From assembly GCA_965197985.1 (NCBI GenBank), contig CBDAOG010000008.1, forward strand, positions 212,069 through 276,068: 64,000 bases of DNA. The letters run 5' to 3'. A program made the position numbers and the translations under genes. Each line of letters opens with the position of its first letter. The first letter of the stretch is position 1. The notes below the pieces were generated by a model that saw nothing but the letters and a program-made list of their open reading frames with translations, was not told the DNA's origin and ran no database searches. The DNA comes from Dehalococcoidia bacterium. Its GTDB lineage: Bacteria; Chloroflexota; Dehalococcoidia; Lucifugimonadales; CAUZJF01. Shown here in pieces: positions 26,579 to 36,234 of this stretch.

Positions 26579-27613
26579 GTGCTGATGTCCCGGCTGCGCG
26601 AGGGCCGGGCCAACACCGCCCGCGGCGCCGCCCACTTCCTGCGTGAGACGGTGGGGCGGGTGCGCTACGGCGGGGCCAGGGGACAACTCACGGTGCGGGC
26701 CGACAGCGGCTTCTACGCCCACACTGTCGTTGCCACCTGCCGGGAAATGGATGTCCGCTTCTCTATCACCATCCGCCAGCACGCCAGCCTGCGGGACCTG
26801 ATCGAGGCGATACCAGAGGAGGACTGGACTCCCATTCCCTACTGGACGGACGGCGCCGCCGATGTCGCCGAGACGACTCACACCCCCGTTCCAGACCAAG
26901 CCGGACGCCGCGCCGGTGCGGCTCATTGTCCGGCGGGTGATAGCCGACGCCCGGTTCCCAGCTCGCCCTCTTCGCCAGATACAGCTATCACGCCTTCATC
27001 ACCGACCGCGATGGGGAGAGGCTGGAACTGGAGGCCGATCATCGCCGCCACGCCGAGGTCGAGAACGCCATACGCGACCTCAAGCACGGCGTCGGTCTGA
27101 ACCACATGCCGTCGGCGCGCTTCGCCGCCAACGGCGCCTGGCTGGCGGTCCAGGTGATGGCGCATAACCTGGCCCGCTGGACGGCGCGGATTGGTCTGGG
27201 CGAGCGGACCGTGATCACCAAGACCCTCAGGCGGCGGGTCTTCGCTCTGGTGGGACGGATCACCCGCTCGGCGCGCCGCCTCACTTTGCATCTCCCCCGG
27301 CGCTGGCCTTGGGAAACCCAGTTCAGTCGCGCCTTGGCCCGGCTGCAAGCCATTCCGTTCCCGGCCTGACGGCCAGCCTGCAACTGACCCAACGTCCCCG
27401 CAATCTCGCGCCACCCCGGTCGCGAGAGTCCCCTGCTGCGTATCCTCTCGCCTTCCCGCGCATCGCAACTCCCGCATAGGGCCTTAGGGGCCCTGTGCGG
27501 CGACTGAAGACCGGCCGCCGGCCTCCCATCCACCCCAAGACCCCAGGCCATCTCCCCTGTAGCTCCCTCACCCACCCCCTTCCGCTGTCCTCACGCCGTC
27601 CATCGGTGTCCTT
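26579..27613 (+). mobile_element. IS1380-family copy A: 5'-truncated, frameshifted transposase plus 3' UTR, lacking the terminal IR
   Basis: Homology to copy B starts at gtgctgatgtcccggctgcgc (VLMSRLREGRANTARG). The transposase is split over ORFs 26579..27100, 26862..27167 and 27106..27369. The 3' UTR runs to ...ccatcggtgtcctt (27613). Confidence 0.85.
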
Positions 27614-27709
27614 GGGGACAGCCCTTGAAGAAGCCAGCGGGTGCTCCTCTGAATCTGGGATAATGGTTTTGGAACAGAAACCCGCCCGGAAACAAGGAGC
27701 ACCCAATAG

Positions 27710-29029
27710 ATGCTGCCACAGAACAAACCCGACCGTATCCGCATCCTCTTTGACGACCATCGCCTGGTGGCCAATGCCGGCCTGCTCCTGCCGGCCACCC
27801 TAGCCCGGCACCTGGGCCTGCGGGAACTCGTCGACCATCACCTTGACCTCGGCGGAGCGCCGGGACGGGCGAACACTGGGGACAAGATGCTGACGCTGGT
27901 CGCTTCCGCGCTGGCAGGCGGCGACTGCATCGACGACGCCGATGCGCTGCGCGCTGGTGGGACGGTCGGTGTTCTAGGCTGCGTGGTCAAGGCGCCATCC
28001 ACCCTGGGGACCTTCCTGCGCAGCTTCCGGTGGGGGCATGTCCGTCAACTCGACCGCGTGAGCCGCCAGTTGTTGGCCTGGGCCGCTGGGGCCGGACCCG
28101 GCGACTCGCCCCTGACCATCGACCTGGACTCGACCATCTGCGAGACCTATGGACTGGCCAAGGAGGGAGCGCGCCACCACGGCTATACCGGCGCCCGCGG
28201 CTATCACCCGCTGCTGGCCATTGCCGCCGGCACCGGCGAGGTGCTGATGTCCCGGCTGCGCGAGGGCCGGGCCAACACCGCCCGTGGCGCCGCCCACTTC
28301 CTGCGTGAGACGGTGGGGCGGGTGCGCTACGGCGGGGCCAGGGGACAACTCACGGTGCGGGCCGACAGCGGCTTCTACGCCCACACTGTCGTTGCCGCCT
28401 GCCGGGAAATGGATGTCCGCTTCTCTATCACCATCCGCCAGCGCGCCAGCCTGCGGGACCTGATCGAGGCGATACCAGAGGAGGACTGGACTCCCATTCC
28501 CTACTGGACGGACGGCGCCGCCGATGTCGCCGAGACGACTTACACCCCGTTCCAGACCAAGCCGGACGCCGCGCCGGTGCGGCTCATCGTCCGGCGTGTG
28601 AAGCCCACGCCCGGTTCCCAGCTGGCCCTCTTCGCCACCTACAGCTATCACGGCTTCATCACCGACCGGGACGGGGAGATGCTCGAACTGGAGGCCGACC
28701 ATCGCCGCCACGCCGAGATCGAGAATGCCATCCGAGACCTCAAGCACGGCGTCGGGCTGAACCACATGCCCTCGGGCCGCTTCGCCGCCAACGCCGCCTG
28801 GCTGGCGGTACAGGTGATGGCCCACAACATCGCCCGCTGGACAGCGCGCATCGGTCTGGGCGAGCGAACCGTGATCACCAAGACCCTCAGGCGGCGGGTC
28901 TTCGCTCTGGTGGGACGGATCACCCGCTCGGCGCGCCGCCTCACTTTGCATCTCCCCCGGCGCTGGCCTTGGGAAATCCAGTTCAGTCGCGCCTTGGCCC
29001 GGCTGCAAGCCATTCCGTTCCCGGCCTGA
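27710..29029 (+). CDS. IS1380-family DDE transposase (439 aa, intact)
   Basis: HRRHAEIENAIRDLKHGVGLNHMPSGRFAANAAWLAVQVMAHNIARW is the characteristic IS1380-type C-terminal block. Full-length ORF. Confidence 0.9.
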   Translation: MLPQNKPDRIRILFDDHRLVANAGLLLPATLARHLGLRELVDHHLDLGGAPGRANTGDKMLTLVASALAGGDCIDDADALRAGGTVGVLGCVVKAPSTLGTFLRSFRWGHVRQLDRVSRQLLAWAAGAGPGDSPLTIDLDSTICETYGLAKEGARHHGYTGARGYHPLLAIAAGTGEVLMSRLREGRANTARGAAHFLRETVGRVRYGGARGQLTVRADSGFYAHTVVAACREMDVRFSITIRQRASLRDLIEAIPEEDWTPIPYWTDGAADVAETTYTPFQTKPDAAPVRLIVRRVKPTPGSQLALFATYSYHGFITDRDGEMLELEADHRRHAEIENAIRDLKHGVGLNHMPSGRFAANAAWLAVQVMAHNIARWTARIGLGERTVITKTLRRRVFALVGRITRSARRLTLHLPRRWPWEIQFSRALARLQAIPFPA

Positions 29030-29149
29030 CGGCCAGCCTGCAACTGACCCAACGTCCCCGCAATCTCGCGCCACCCCGGTCGCGAGAGTCCCCTGCTGCG
29101 TATCCTCTCGCCATCTCCCGCGCATCGCAACTCCCGCATAGGGCCTTAG

Positions 29150-30855
29150 CCCAAATCCACCGAAGGGATGACTATGCAGCAGCGGAACGGGCGATAGGGG
29201 CAAGGGAGGGCGATGGTCCGGGCACGATTTGGGGTAGAGGGGGGCCGGTGTTTGTCTTCAGTTGCCGCGGGGAGACTTTGTGACCGTCTGCGAATGTTGG
29301 TCAGGGCGAGATAGCGGGGAGAGGACGCAGCAAGAGGCACTCGCAGACCGGACTGGCGCGAGTTCGCGGGGACGTTCGGTTGGCCGGATGGCGGCCGGTT
29401 GCCGCCGCCGCCGTCAGGCAGGGAGTGGCAGGGCGCGCAATCGGGCCAGGGCACGATCGAACTGGGCTTCCCAAGGCCAGCGCTGTGGCAGATGCAGTGT
29501 GAGGCGGCGCGCCGAGCGGGTGATCCGTCCGGCCAGGGAGAAGAACCGCCGCCGGAGGGTCTTGGTGGTCACCACCTGCTCGCCCAGACCGATGCGCGCT
29601 GTCCAGCGGGCGATGTTGTGGGCCATCACCTGTACCGCCAGCCAGGCGGCGTTGGCGGCGAAGCGGCCCGAGGGGAGATGGTTCAACCCCACACCGTGCT
29701 TGAGGTCTCGGATGGCATTCTCGATCTCGGCGTGGCGGCGATGGTCGGCCTCCAGTTCGAGCATCTCCCCGTCCCGGTCGGTGATGAAGCCGTGATAGCT
29801 GTAGGTGGCGAAGAGGGCCAGCTGGGAACCGGGCGTGGGCTTCACACGCCGGACGATGAGCCGCACCGGCGCGGCGTCAGGTTCACTCTGGAAGGGAGTG
29901 CAGGTGGTCTCGGCCACATCGGCGGCGCCGTCCATCCAGTAAGGAATCGGCGTCCAGGCATCTTCGGGTATCGCCTCGATGAGATTGTGCAGGCTTTTAT
30001 GCTGGCGGATGGTGATGGAGAAGCGGACATCCATCTTGCGGCAGACGGATACCACGCCATGAGTGTAGAACCCGCTGTCGGCCCGTAGCGTGAGTCGTCC
30101 GTTGGCCCCGGCGTAGCGCACCCGTCCCACCGTCTCCCGCAGGAAGTGGGCGGCGCCGCGGGCGGTGTTGGCCCGGCCCTCGCGCAGCCGGGACATCAGC
30201 ACGTCTCCGGTGCCGGCGGCGATGGCCAGCAGTGGGTGGTAGCCCCGCTTGCCGGTATAGCCGTGGTGGCGGGCGCCCTCCTTGGCCAGTCCGTAGGTCT
30301 CGCAGATGGTGGAATCGAGGTCGATGGTGAACGGCGCGTCGCCGGGTCCGGCCCCAGCGGCCCAGGCCAGCAGCTCCCGGCTCACCCGGTCCAGCTGGCG
30401 GACGTGGCCCCACCGGAAGCTGCGCAGGAAGGTGCCCAGGGTGGATGGCGCCTTGACCGTGCCGCCCAGGGTGCAGGCCGTCCCACCGGTGCGCAACACA
30501 TCAGCGTCGTCGATGCAGTCGCCGCCGGCCATGGCTGAGGCCACCAGGGTCATCAGCTTGTCTCCGGTGTTGGCCCGCCCCGGCGCGCCGCCCAGGTCAA
30601 GGTGATGGTCAACGAGTTCCCGCAGGCCCAGATGCCGGGCGAGGGTGGCCGGCAGGAGCAGACCGGCATTGGCCACCAGGCGGTGATCGTCAAAGACGAT
30701 ACGGATACGGTCGGGCTGGTTGCGTGGTAGCATCTATTGGGTGCTCCTTCTCTGGGACTGTTTTGCCGTCACAAAACCATTATCCCAGATTCAGAAGAGC
30801 ACCCTCTGGCCACTTCAGGATGCTAACCCGACGCCCTCCCTCGGTGGATTCGGGC
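29150..30855 (-). mobile_element. IS1380-family copy C (1706 bp, complete), flanked by TTAG direct repeats
   Basis: Termini are CCCAAATCCACCGAAGGG (29150-) and CCCTCGGTGGATTCGGGC (-30855). TTAG lies at 29146-29149 and 30856-30859. Confidence 0.85.
29414..30733 (-). CDS. IS1380-family DDE transposase (439 aa, intact; second subtype)
   Basis: Full-length paralog of 27710..29029 and near-identical to 36499..37824. Confidence 0.9.
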   Translation of the reverse strand: MLPRNQPDRIRIVFDDHRLVANAGLLLPATLARHLGLRELVDHHLDLGGAPGRANTGDKLMTLVASAMAGGDCIDDADVLRTGGTACTLGGTVKAPSTLGTFLRSFRWGHVRQLDRVSRELLAWAAGAGPGDAPFTIDLDSTICETYGLAKEGARHHGYTGKRGYHPLLAIAAGTGDVLMSRLREGRANTARGAAHFLRETVGRVRYAGANGRLTLRADSGFYTHGVVSVCRKMDVRFSITIRQHKSLHNLIEAIPEDAWTPIPYWMDGAADVAETTCTPFQSEPDAAPVRLIVRRVKPTPGSQLALFATYSYHGFITDRDGEMLELEADHRRHAEIENAIRDLKHGVGLNHLPSGRFAANAAWLAVQVMAHNIARWTARIGLGEQVVTTKTLRRRFFSLAGRITRSARRLTLHLPQRWPWEAQFDRALARLRALPLPA

Positions 30856-31068
30856 TTAGGGGCCCTGTGCGGCGACTGGAGACCGTCCGCCGGCCTCCCA
30901 TCTACCCCAAGACCCCAGGCCATCTCCCCTGTAGCTCCCTCACCCACCCCCTTCCGCTGCCCTCACGCCGTCCATCGGTGTCCTTCGGTGGATTCGGGTT
31001 AAGCACAAGGAAGCCCCCGTCACCGGAGCAACGGGGGGCTTCCGTCGGCTCTAGGCTGTTGGCCTTGT

Positions 31069-31329
31069 CTATCGTTCGAGGAATAGCTTGAGTAGCAGAT
31101 TCAACGCCTCTAGCTTCCTCTCGATTTCTTCTCGCTGATACAGGTCTTGGTAGAGCATGTCCCTTCCCACAAAGTTGTCCTGCCACTGTGAGACGTAGAG
31201 CAGGATGGCGACTGCTAGCAGGGATACACCGATGGCGATTGTCCTCCTATCCTTCGTTCTCAGCGTGAGCCCAAAGCCGACAACGGCCACTACCAGACCA
31301 ACGGCTCCAGCTATGAGTAGAGCATCCAT
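31069..31329 (-). CDS. Small membrane protein (2 predicted TM helices), hypothetical
   Basis: MDALLIAGAVGLVVAVVGFGLTL...IAIGVSLLAVAILLYV. The start lies 2 nt after the stop of the upstream secreted-protein gene. Confidence 0.5.
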   Translation of the reverse strand: MDALLIAGAVGLVVAVVGFGLTLRTKDRRTIAIGVSLLAVAILLYVSQWQDNFVGRDMLYQDLYQREEIERKLEALNLLLKLFLER

Positions 31330-31331
31330 GG

Positions 31332-32009
31332 TCAGTCCGGGTTGGCGCAGAAGGTCCTGCGCTGGCCGGAGTACTTCACCGAGTAGAGTATTGTGCCGAG
31401 CGTGTTCTTCATCGCTCCAACGCCTTTTGCGCGGTACGTGTGGAGGCCACCCGCGCAGGAAGCGAATAGGCCAGCCGCCGCATATCTACCATTGCGCCAG
31501 CCTGAGTCGTTGCTTCCCTGTATGTTCCACCAACCTAAGAACACGTGACGCTCTATCGTGACCTTGAACCTGACCTGCGATACATTATTGCCGAAGCAGT
31601 AGATGGAGCCGGCGGAGCTGAGGTTACGGTGCGGCAGTACTCGAAGCGGGCTGATCAGAGTGGTGCAGGTGGTGATTTCACTCATCAGGTGCCCGTTGCC
31701 GTCGATCATGGCCTGAAACCCTGCCCTCACATTTTCCGGCAGGTGGTCGAGTAGGCCGGGAGGCAATTCGCTCAGGGCATTCTGTACCTCAGCGGGCGGG
31801 GCTTCCGCCGCAGCGCTTACCTGTGTCCCAGGCTCTTCGCCTGTCTCGACGTAGAACAGGCAGACCTCGGTTCCATCGGACGTTGTGTACGTGGCCGCAC
31901 AGTCTACCTCGGTGCCGTCGATGGCGTTGTCGTCATTCGACGGGCTGGCCGCCATCAGAACGAGGCCCGCCGCTGCCAATACGGTTAGGAGTAATATTCG
32001 CTTCAACAT
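31332..32009 (-). CDS. Secreted hypothetical protein (signal peptide, Cys-containing)
   Basis: MLKRILLLTVLAAAGLVLMAASP is a signal-peptide-like N-terminus. No recognisable domain. Lower GC than the flanking IS copies. Confidence 0.55.
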   Translation of the reverse strand: MLKRILLLTVLAAAGLVLMAASPSNDDNAIDGTEVDCAATYTTSDGTEVCLFYVETGEEPGTQVSAAAEAPPAEVQNALSELPPGLLDHLPENVRAGFQAMIDGNGHLMSEITTCTTLISPLRVLPHRNLSSAGSIYCFGNNVSQVRFKVTIERHVFLGWWNIQGSNDSGWRNGRYAAAGLFASCAGGLHTYRAKGVGAMKNTLGTILYSVKYSGQRRTFCANPD

Positions 32010-32437
32010 GTCCCGTCCTTTCCGGGATGCTCAGAAGCCCATGCATTCCAACTTCAGGTATTGATTCGGTCGACTTGAGCCTCCTTTCTGTTAGCGTCAT
32101 CCCGAAGGACTGAATCAAACTGCCAGAGTTGAGGGATTATGTGTGGTGTTGGTGGGGGAGCCCTCTCCTTTCATGCTATCCAATCCGATATTTCCCAGAT
32201 GGAATCCAGTGCTTTCATAAACACACCATCCTGAGACAGTCCAGACTATAAGATCGCCTGCTGAAGTTGTCAACTGCCACCAACCGCGCTAATATCACTT
32301 CATCTAGAGAAACAGGGTCTCCAAACCACTTGGAAAGGCTCTAAACGGATTATTCAGACCGAACCTCACGCTGCAAGTCGCGCACCTTGCTCAGGGCAGC
32401 CTCGATATGATCACGATTCCCTAACAGACACATGCTC

Positions 32438-32760
32438 CTATCCAGGATTGAAACGAAGTCTCCCTATCCGCTCCAGCATTTCATCGAACATCTCCCTGGT
32501 CACCATCACCTCGGCAAGCTGGAACACAAGCCTCCTCGCATGACGCACCAGTCGCCCGCCTATCTTGATGAGTCTCGTCTGAATACTTGTCAGGGACCAG
32601 CTCTTTATCGCTTCTGGCAGAGCCAGCCTTCTGAAGAAGTTGCCCAGATTGTATGCCAGGATGAATAGCCACAGCCTCACCTGATTAGCCACGAACTTAT
32701 GGCACGAGAGCCGAGTCCAATTGAGGGCGTATTTCCCCTCTTTAATCCACTGCTCTCGCT
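32438..32760 (-). pseudogene. C-terminal fragment of an IS4/IS1380-superfamily transposase
   Basis: WTRLSCHKFVANQVRLWLFILAYNLGNFFRRLALPEAIKSWSLTSIQTRLIKIGGRLVRHARRLVFQLAEV is a typical C-terminal block. There is no upstream catalytic part; it abuts another IS fragment. Confidence 0.6.
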
Positions 32761-32764
32761 CGGC

Positions 32765-33135
32765 ACGCCGGTTGACCCTGCATCTTCCGGATCGCTGGCC
32801 TTGGGCTGAGAAGTTCAGCCGCGCCTTGGCCCGGCTGCGAGCCATTCCACTCCCGGCCTGACGGCACCGTCGGCGACCGACCCACCCACCGGACAACCGA
32901 AGATCCCCGCAGACTCGTGCCAGCCCGGTCCGAGAAGAGTTCCCTGCTGCGTATTCTCTCGCCATCCCGCGCATCGCAGCTCCCGCAGACGGCCATAGGG
33001 GCCCCTGTGCGGCGATGAAGACCGTCCGCCGACCTCCCTACCCCAAATGGAACCCAGGCTATTTCCCCTGTAGCTCCCTCACCCCCCTTCCGCTTTCCTC
33101 ACGCCGTCCATCGGTGTCCTTCGGTGGATTCGGGT
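32765..33135 (+). mobile_element. 3'-terminal fragment of an IS1380-family element (last ~30 codons + 3' UTR + IR)
   Basis: Encodes ...LTLHLPDRWPWAEKFSRALARLRAIPLPA(stop), followed by a UTR homologous to copy B that ends ccttcggtggattcgggt. Confidence 0.75.
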
Positions 33136-33407
33136 TTACAATGCCGGACGGCCCCATTCGAGCCTTGGGGGAATGACGCCGGACCAGTTCTTTGACAGAG
33201 TGCCTGCCGAGTCCGCGGCGGCCTAACGCACGGCAGCGCGATTCCACTTATCAAACCGGGCAGCGCTGTTCAGACAAACGAGACCACCTCTCTAAGCCCA
33301 TCTTCATCGCCCCTTAAATGTAGATTCCACCTTGGCTTTAGTTTAGGAACTTGGTACGCCGAAAGCAAGAGAGATGCTCCCACCTGTCATTGCGATGTTT
33401 CCTCCGC

Positions 33408-33800
33408 TCACGGCTTCACCTCCTCCTGCTCCGGCCCCTCGCCCTTCGCCATCCGGTAGCCGACGCGGGGCTCGTTGAGGATGTAGGTGGGGTTGTTTGC
33501 GTCGTCGCCCAGCTTGCGGCGGAGCTGCTTGGCGGTGGTGCGCACCCGCCGCGAGTCGCCGGAGCTCCGCAGGCCCCAGACCCGTCGCAGCAGCCGGTCG
33601 TAGGTCATCACGCGACCGGCGTTGGCCGAAAGCTCGAAGAGCAGCCCGTACTCGATGGCGGTCAGCTGCACGGGACGCCCGGCCAGCGTCACGCGACGCT
33701 GGGCGTAGTCGATGGTCAGCTCCCCCAGCACGAAGGGTTCCGACGGCTCGGCCCATTCGGGCGCTTCCCGCTTGCGCAGGGCCGCCTTGATCCTCGCCAC
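33408..33800 (-). pseudogene. C-terminal (winged-helix) fragment of an OmpR-type regulator, paralogous to the 3' end of 6236..8644
   Basis: ARIKAALRKREAPEWAEPSEPFVLGELTIDYAQRRVTLAGRPVQLTAIEYGLLFELSANAGRVMTYDRLL... is very similar to residues ~680-800 of the kinase fusion. The upstream part is replaced by an IS fragment at ~33793. Confidence 0.8.
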
Positions 33801-34283
33801 AAGCGCTGGCTGGGGGCGACTGCATTGACGACGCCGACGCGTTGCGTACCGGCGGGACAGTTGGCGCCCTGGGCGGCACTGTCAAGGCGCCATCCACCTT
33901 GGGAACCTTCCTGCGCAGCTTCCGGTGGGGCCACGTCCGCCAACTGGACCGGGTGAGCCGGGAGCTGCTGGCACGGGCCTGGGCTGCCGGGGCCGGACCC
34001 GGCGACGCGCCGTTGACCATCGATCTGGACTCCACCATCTGCGAGACCTACGGACTGGCCAAGGAGGGTGCCCGCCACCACAGCTATGCCGGCCAGCGGG
34101 GCTATCACCCGCTGCTGGCCATCTCCGCCGAAACCGGCGACGTGCTGATGTCCCGGCTGCGCGAGGGCTGCGCCAACACCGTTCGGGGCGGCGCCCATTT
34201 CCTGCGTGAGACGGTGGGGCGGGTGCGCCATGCTGGGGCCAGGGGGCAACTCACTGTGCGGGCCGACAGCGGCTTCTATGCCC
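33793..34283 (+). pseudogene. Internal fragment of an IS1380-family transposase
   Basis: ALAGGDCIDDADALRTGGTVGALGGTVKAPSTLGTFLRSFRWGHVRQLDRVSREL...ADSGFYAH. Both ends are abrupt junctions. Confidence 0.8.
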
Positions 34284-34931
34284 ACGCCCTGCCGACTGTT
34301 CTTGCCGCAATCGTCGGGATCTCGATGGGATGCGATGCGGAGAAAGGAGAGGACATGACAACCAACACTTCCGGGGAGATCGTGATAACCGCCCTCAAGG
34401 AGCCGTCCCTTGCGGAATGTGAGGAAGCCTTCGGGGCAGCGGCTACGATGAACGTACCGCACGCCCACCCGTCTACCGCGTCTGCGGAGCAGATTGAAGA
34501 GACAACCGGCCGATTCCTGGTCCCGGAATCGGTTCCAGATGGTCTAGAACTCAAAGCCCGGCGCATAGGGAACCAAGTGTCCTTTACGCAGTTTGAGAGT
34601 TCCCCAGAGCAAGGACAGCGGGCACGTGTCCTCACAATCGAGCAGGGTCCAACAAGCGGGAGGGTCTGGCAGCTCAGTGCGAAGGACGGCCACTTTGACA
34701 GAGCGACTGTGAGAGGAGCGCCCGCATACATCATTCGCGGCAGTTTCGTCATCCGCGCCATAATGGTGAAGGGTGTCGAAACCATAGAAGGTTGTGGATG
34801 GGACCCGAACGAACAGAATAGTCTCGTGTTTGTTAATAATGGACAAGCGGTGCGGATTGCTGGCAGTCCCGCTAGCGACTTCCCTCCGAGTCGTCTCACG
34901 ACCCTTGCGGCCTCATTGGTAGAATCCCCTA
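34284..34931 (+). pseudogene. Hypothetical lipoprotein gene, 5'-truncated and split near its 3' end by IS630
   Basis: ...LPTVLAAIVGISMGCDAEKGE is lipobox-like. After removing the IS630 copy the frame ends ...LVESPRSQ(stop) at about 36102. Confidence 0.45.
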
Positions 34932-36092
34932 GTGTCCTGAGTTATGAAAGCATTGCAAAAGTACTTGCTGGGGTGTACCCTCCACGAAACGCTCATGGAG
35001 GTCACCATGGCCATCGGACGCCCCATTCCTCCCTTGCACCTTTCCTCCGACGAACGCGAGAGCCTCGAGCGCTGGAAGCGGCGTCCAACCACTGCCCAGG
35101 CGCTGGCTCTGCGATCCCGGATCATTCTCCGTTGCTCCGAGGGCAAGACCAATACCGTCGTGGCCGGGGAGATCGGTCTGGCCAAGCAAACGGTGGGGAA
35201 GTGGCGGGCCCGGTTCATCGAACGCCGCCTCGACGGCCTGCTTGACGAGCCGCGGCCCGGCGGCCCACGCTCCATCACGGACACCGATGTGGAGCGGGTC
35301 GTGACCCTCACCCTGGAGACGACGCCGGCGGATGCAACCCACTGGAGCACGCGCTCCATGGCTGCGCGTACCGGCCTGAGTCAGAGCGCCATCAGCCGTA
35401 TCTGGCGGGCCTTTGCCTTGCAGCCGCATCGGACCGAGACGTTCAAACTTTCGTCTGACCCTCTGTTCATCGAGAAGGTCCGTGACATCGTGGGGCTCTA
35501 CCTCAACCCACCCCAGCGGGCTCTGGTCCTGTGTGTCGACGAGAAGTCCCAGATCCAGGCCCTCGACCGGACGGCCCCGCTGTTGCCCATGCGCCCGGGG
35601 CAGATCGAGCGCCGGACCCATGACTACCGTCGTCATGGTACGACCTCTCTCTTCGCCGCCCTCGACGTGAAGGCGGGAGAGGTCATCGGCGCCTGCCACC
35701 GTCGGCACCGGTCCACGGAGTTCCGGCGCTTCCTCGACCGGGTCGATGCGACCGTACCCCCGGACCTCGACGTGCACCTTATCCTGGACAACTACGCCAC
35801 CCACAAGACCCCCGCCATCCAGCGCTGGCTGGCCCGGCGGCCGCGCTATCACCTGCACTTCACCCCCACCAGCAGCTCTTGGCTGAACCAGGTGGAGCGC
35901 TGGTTCGCGGTGCTGACAGAGAAGCAACTGCGCCGCGGGGTGTTCCGCAGCACTCGGGAACTGGAGCAAGCCATCGAACAGTACATTGACCAGCACAACG
36001 CTGCCTCAAAGCCCTTCATCTGGACCAAAACCGCAGACCAGCTACTAGCTACCATCGCCCGATTTTGTCATCGGATTCATAACTCAGGACAC
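34932..36092 (+). mobile_element. IS630-family element, copy 1, inserted in CTAG with TA duplication
   Basis: TIRs are GTGTCCTGAGTTATGAA / TTCATAACTCAGGACAC. TA lies at 34930-31 and 36093-94, within C-TA...TA-G. Confidence 0.9.
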
Positions 36093-36095
36093 TAG
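35007..36095 (+). CDS. IS630-family DDE transposase (362 aa)
   Basis: [23 protein letters not shown]... HTH. DDE region [15 protein letters not shown] ... ILDNYATHK ... WLNQVERWF. The stop TAG is completed by the duplicated TA plus the target G. Confidence 0.9.
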   Translation: MAIGRPIPPLHLSSDERESLERWKRRPTTAQALALRSRIILRCSEGKTNTVVAGEIGLAKQTVGKWRARFIERRLDGLLDEPRPGGPRSITDTDVERVVTLTLETTPADATHWSTRSMAARTGLSQSAISRIWRAFALQPHRTETFKLSSDPLFIEKVRDIVGLYLNPPQRALVLCVDEKSQIQALDRTAPLLPMRPGQIERRTHDYRRHGTTSLFAALDVKAGEVIGACHRRHRSTEFRRFLDRVDATVPPDLDVHLILDNYATHKTPAIQRWLARRPRYHLHFTPTSSSWLNQVERWFAVLTEKQLRRGVFRSTRELEQAIEQYIDQHNAASKPFIWTKTADQLLATIARFCHRIHNSGH

Positions 36096-36234
36096 AAGCC
36101 AGTGAACATATGCCAGCCGAGGACAGCACGACTGATGTAGACGCCTAGCCGGCAGATCCGCCGCAGTAGAGTCCCAGGAAGTGGTGTAAGAGGGAGAGGG
36201 TCTGGAGAAAGAGAGACCACCGCGTCATCCTTAG

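Larger units (their letters stand above)
27614..30999 (+). mobile_element. IS1380-family copy B, with copy C nested in its 3' UTR (B = 27614..29149 + 30856..30999)
   Basis: B's 3' UTR (...ctcccgcatagggccTTAG) is interrupted at 29146-29149. It resumes at 30856 (TTAGgggccctgtgcggcgac...) and ends in the IR ccttcggtggattcgggt at 30999. The 5' IR is missing at the A/B junction. Confidence 0.8.

Noticed and set aside
27974-30538. Long ORFs antisense to the IS1380 transposases (27974..29203, 29399..30088, 30146..30538, and their copies at 36484..37629)
   Set aside because: They are shadow frames of intact transposase genes. Each is repeated wherever the IS is repeated and has no independent motifs.
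34929-35996. 355-aa ORF antisense to the IS630 transposase (and its copy 61129..62124)
   Set aside because: It is a shadow frame. The sense strand encodes a complete IS630 DDE transposase bounded by TIRs.
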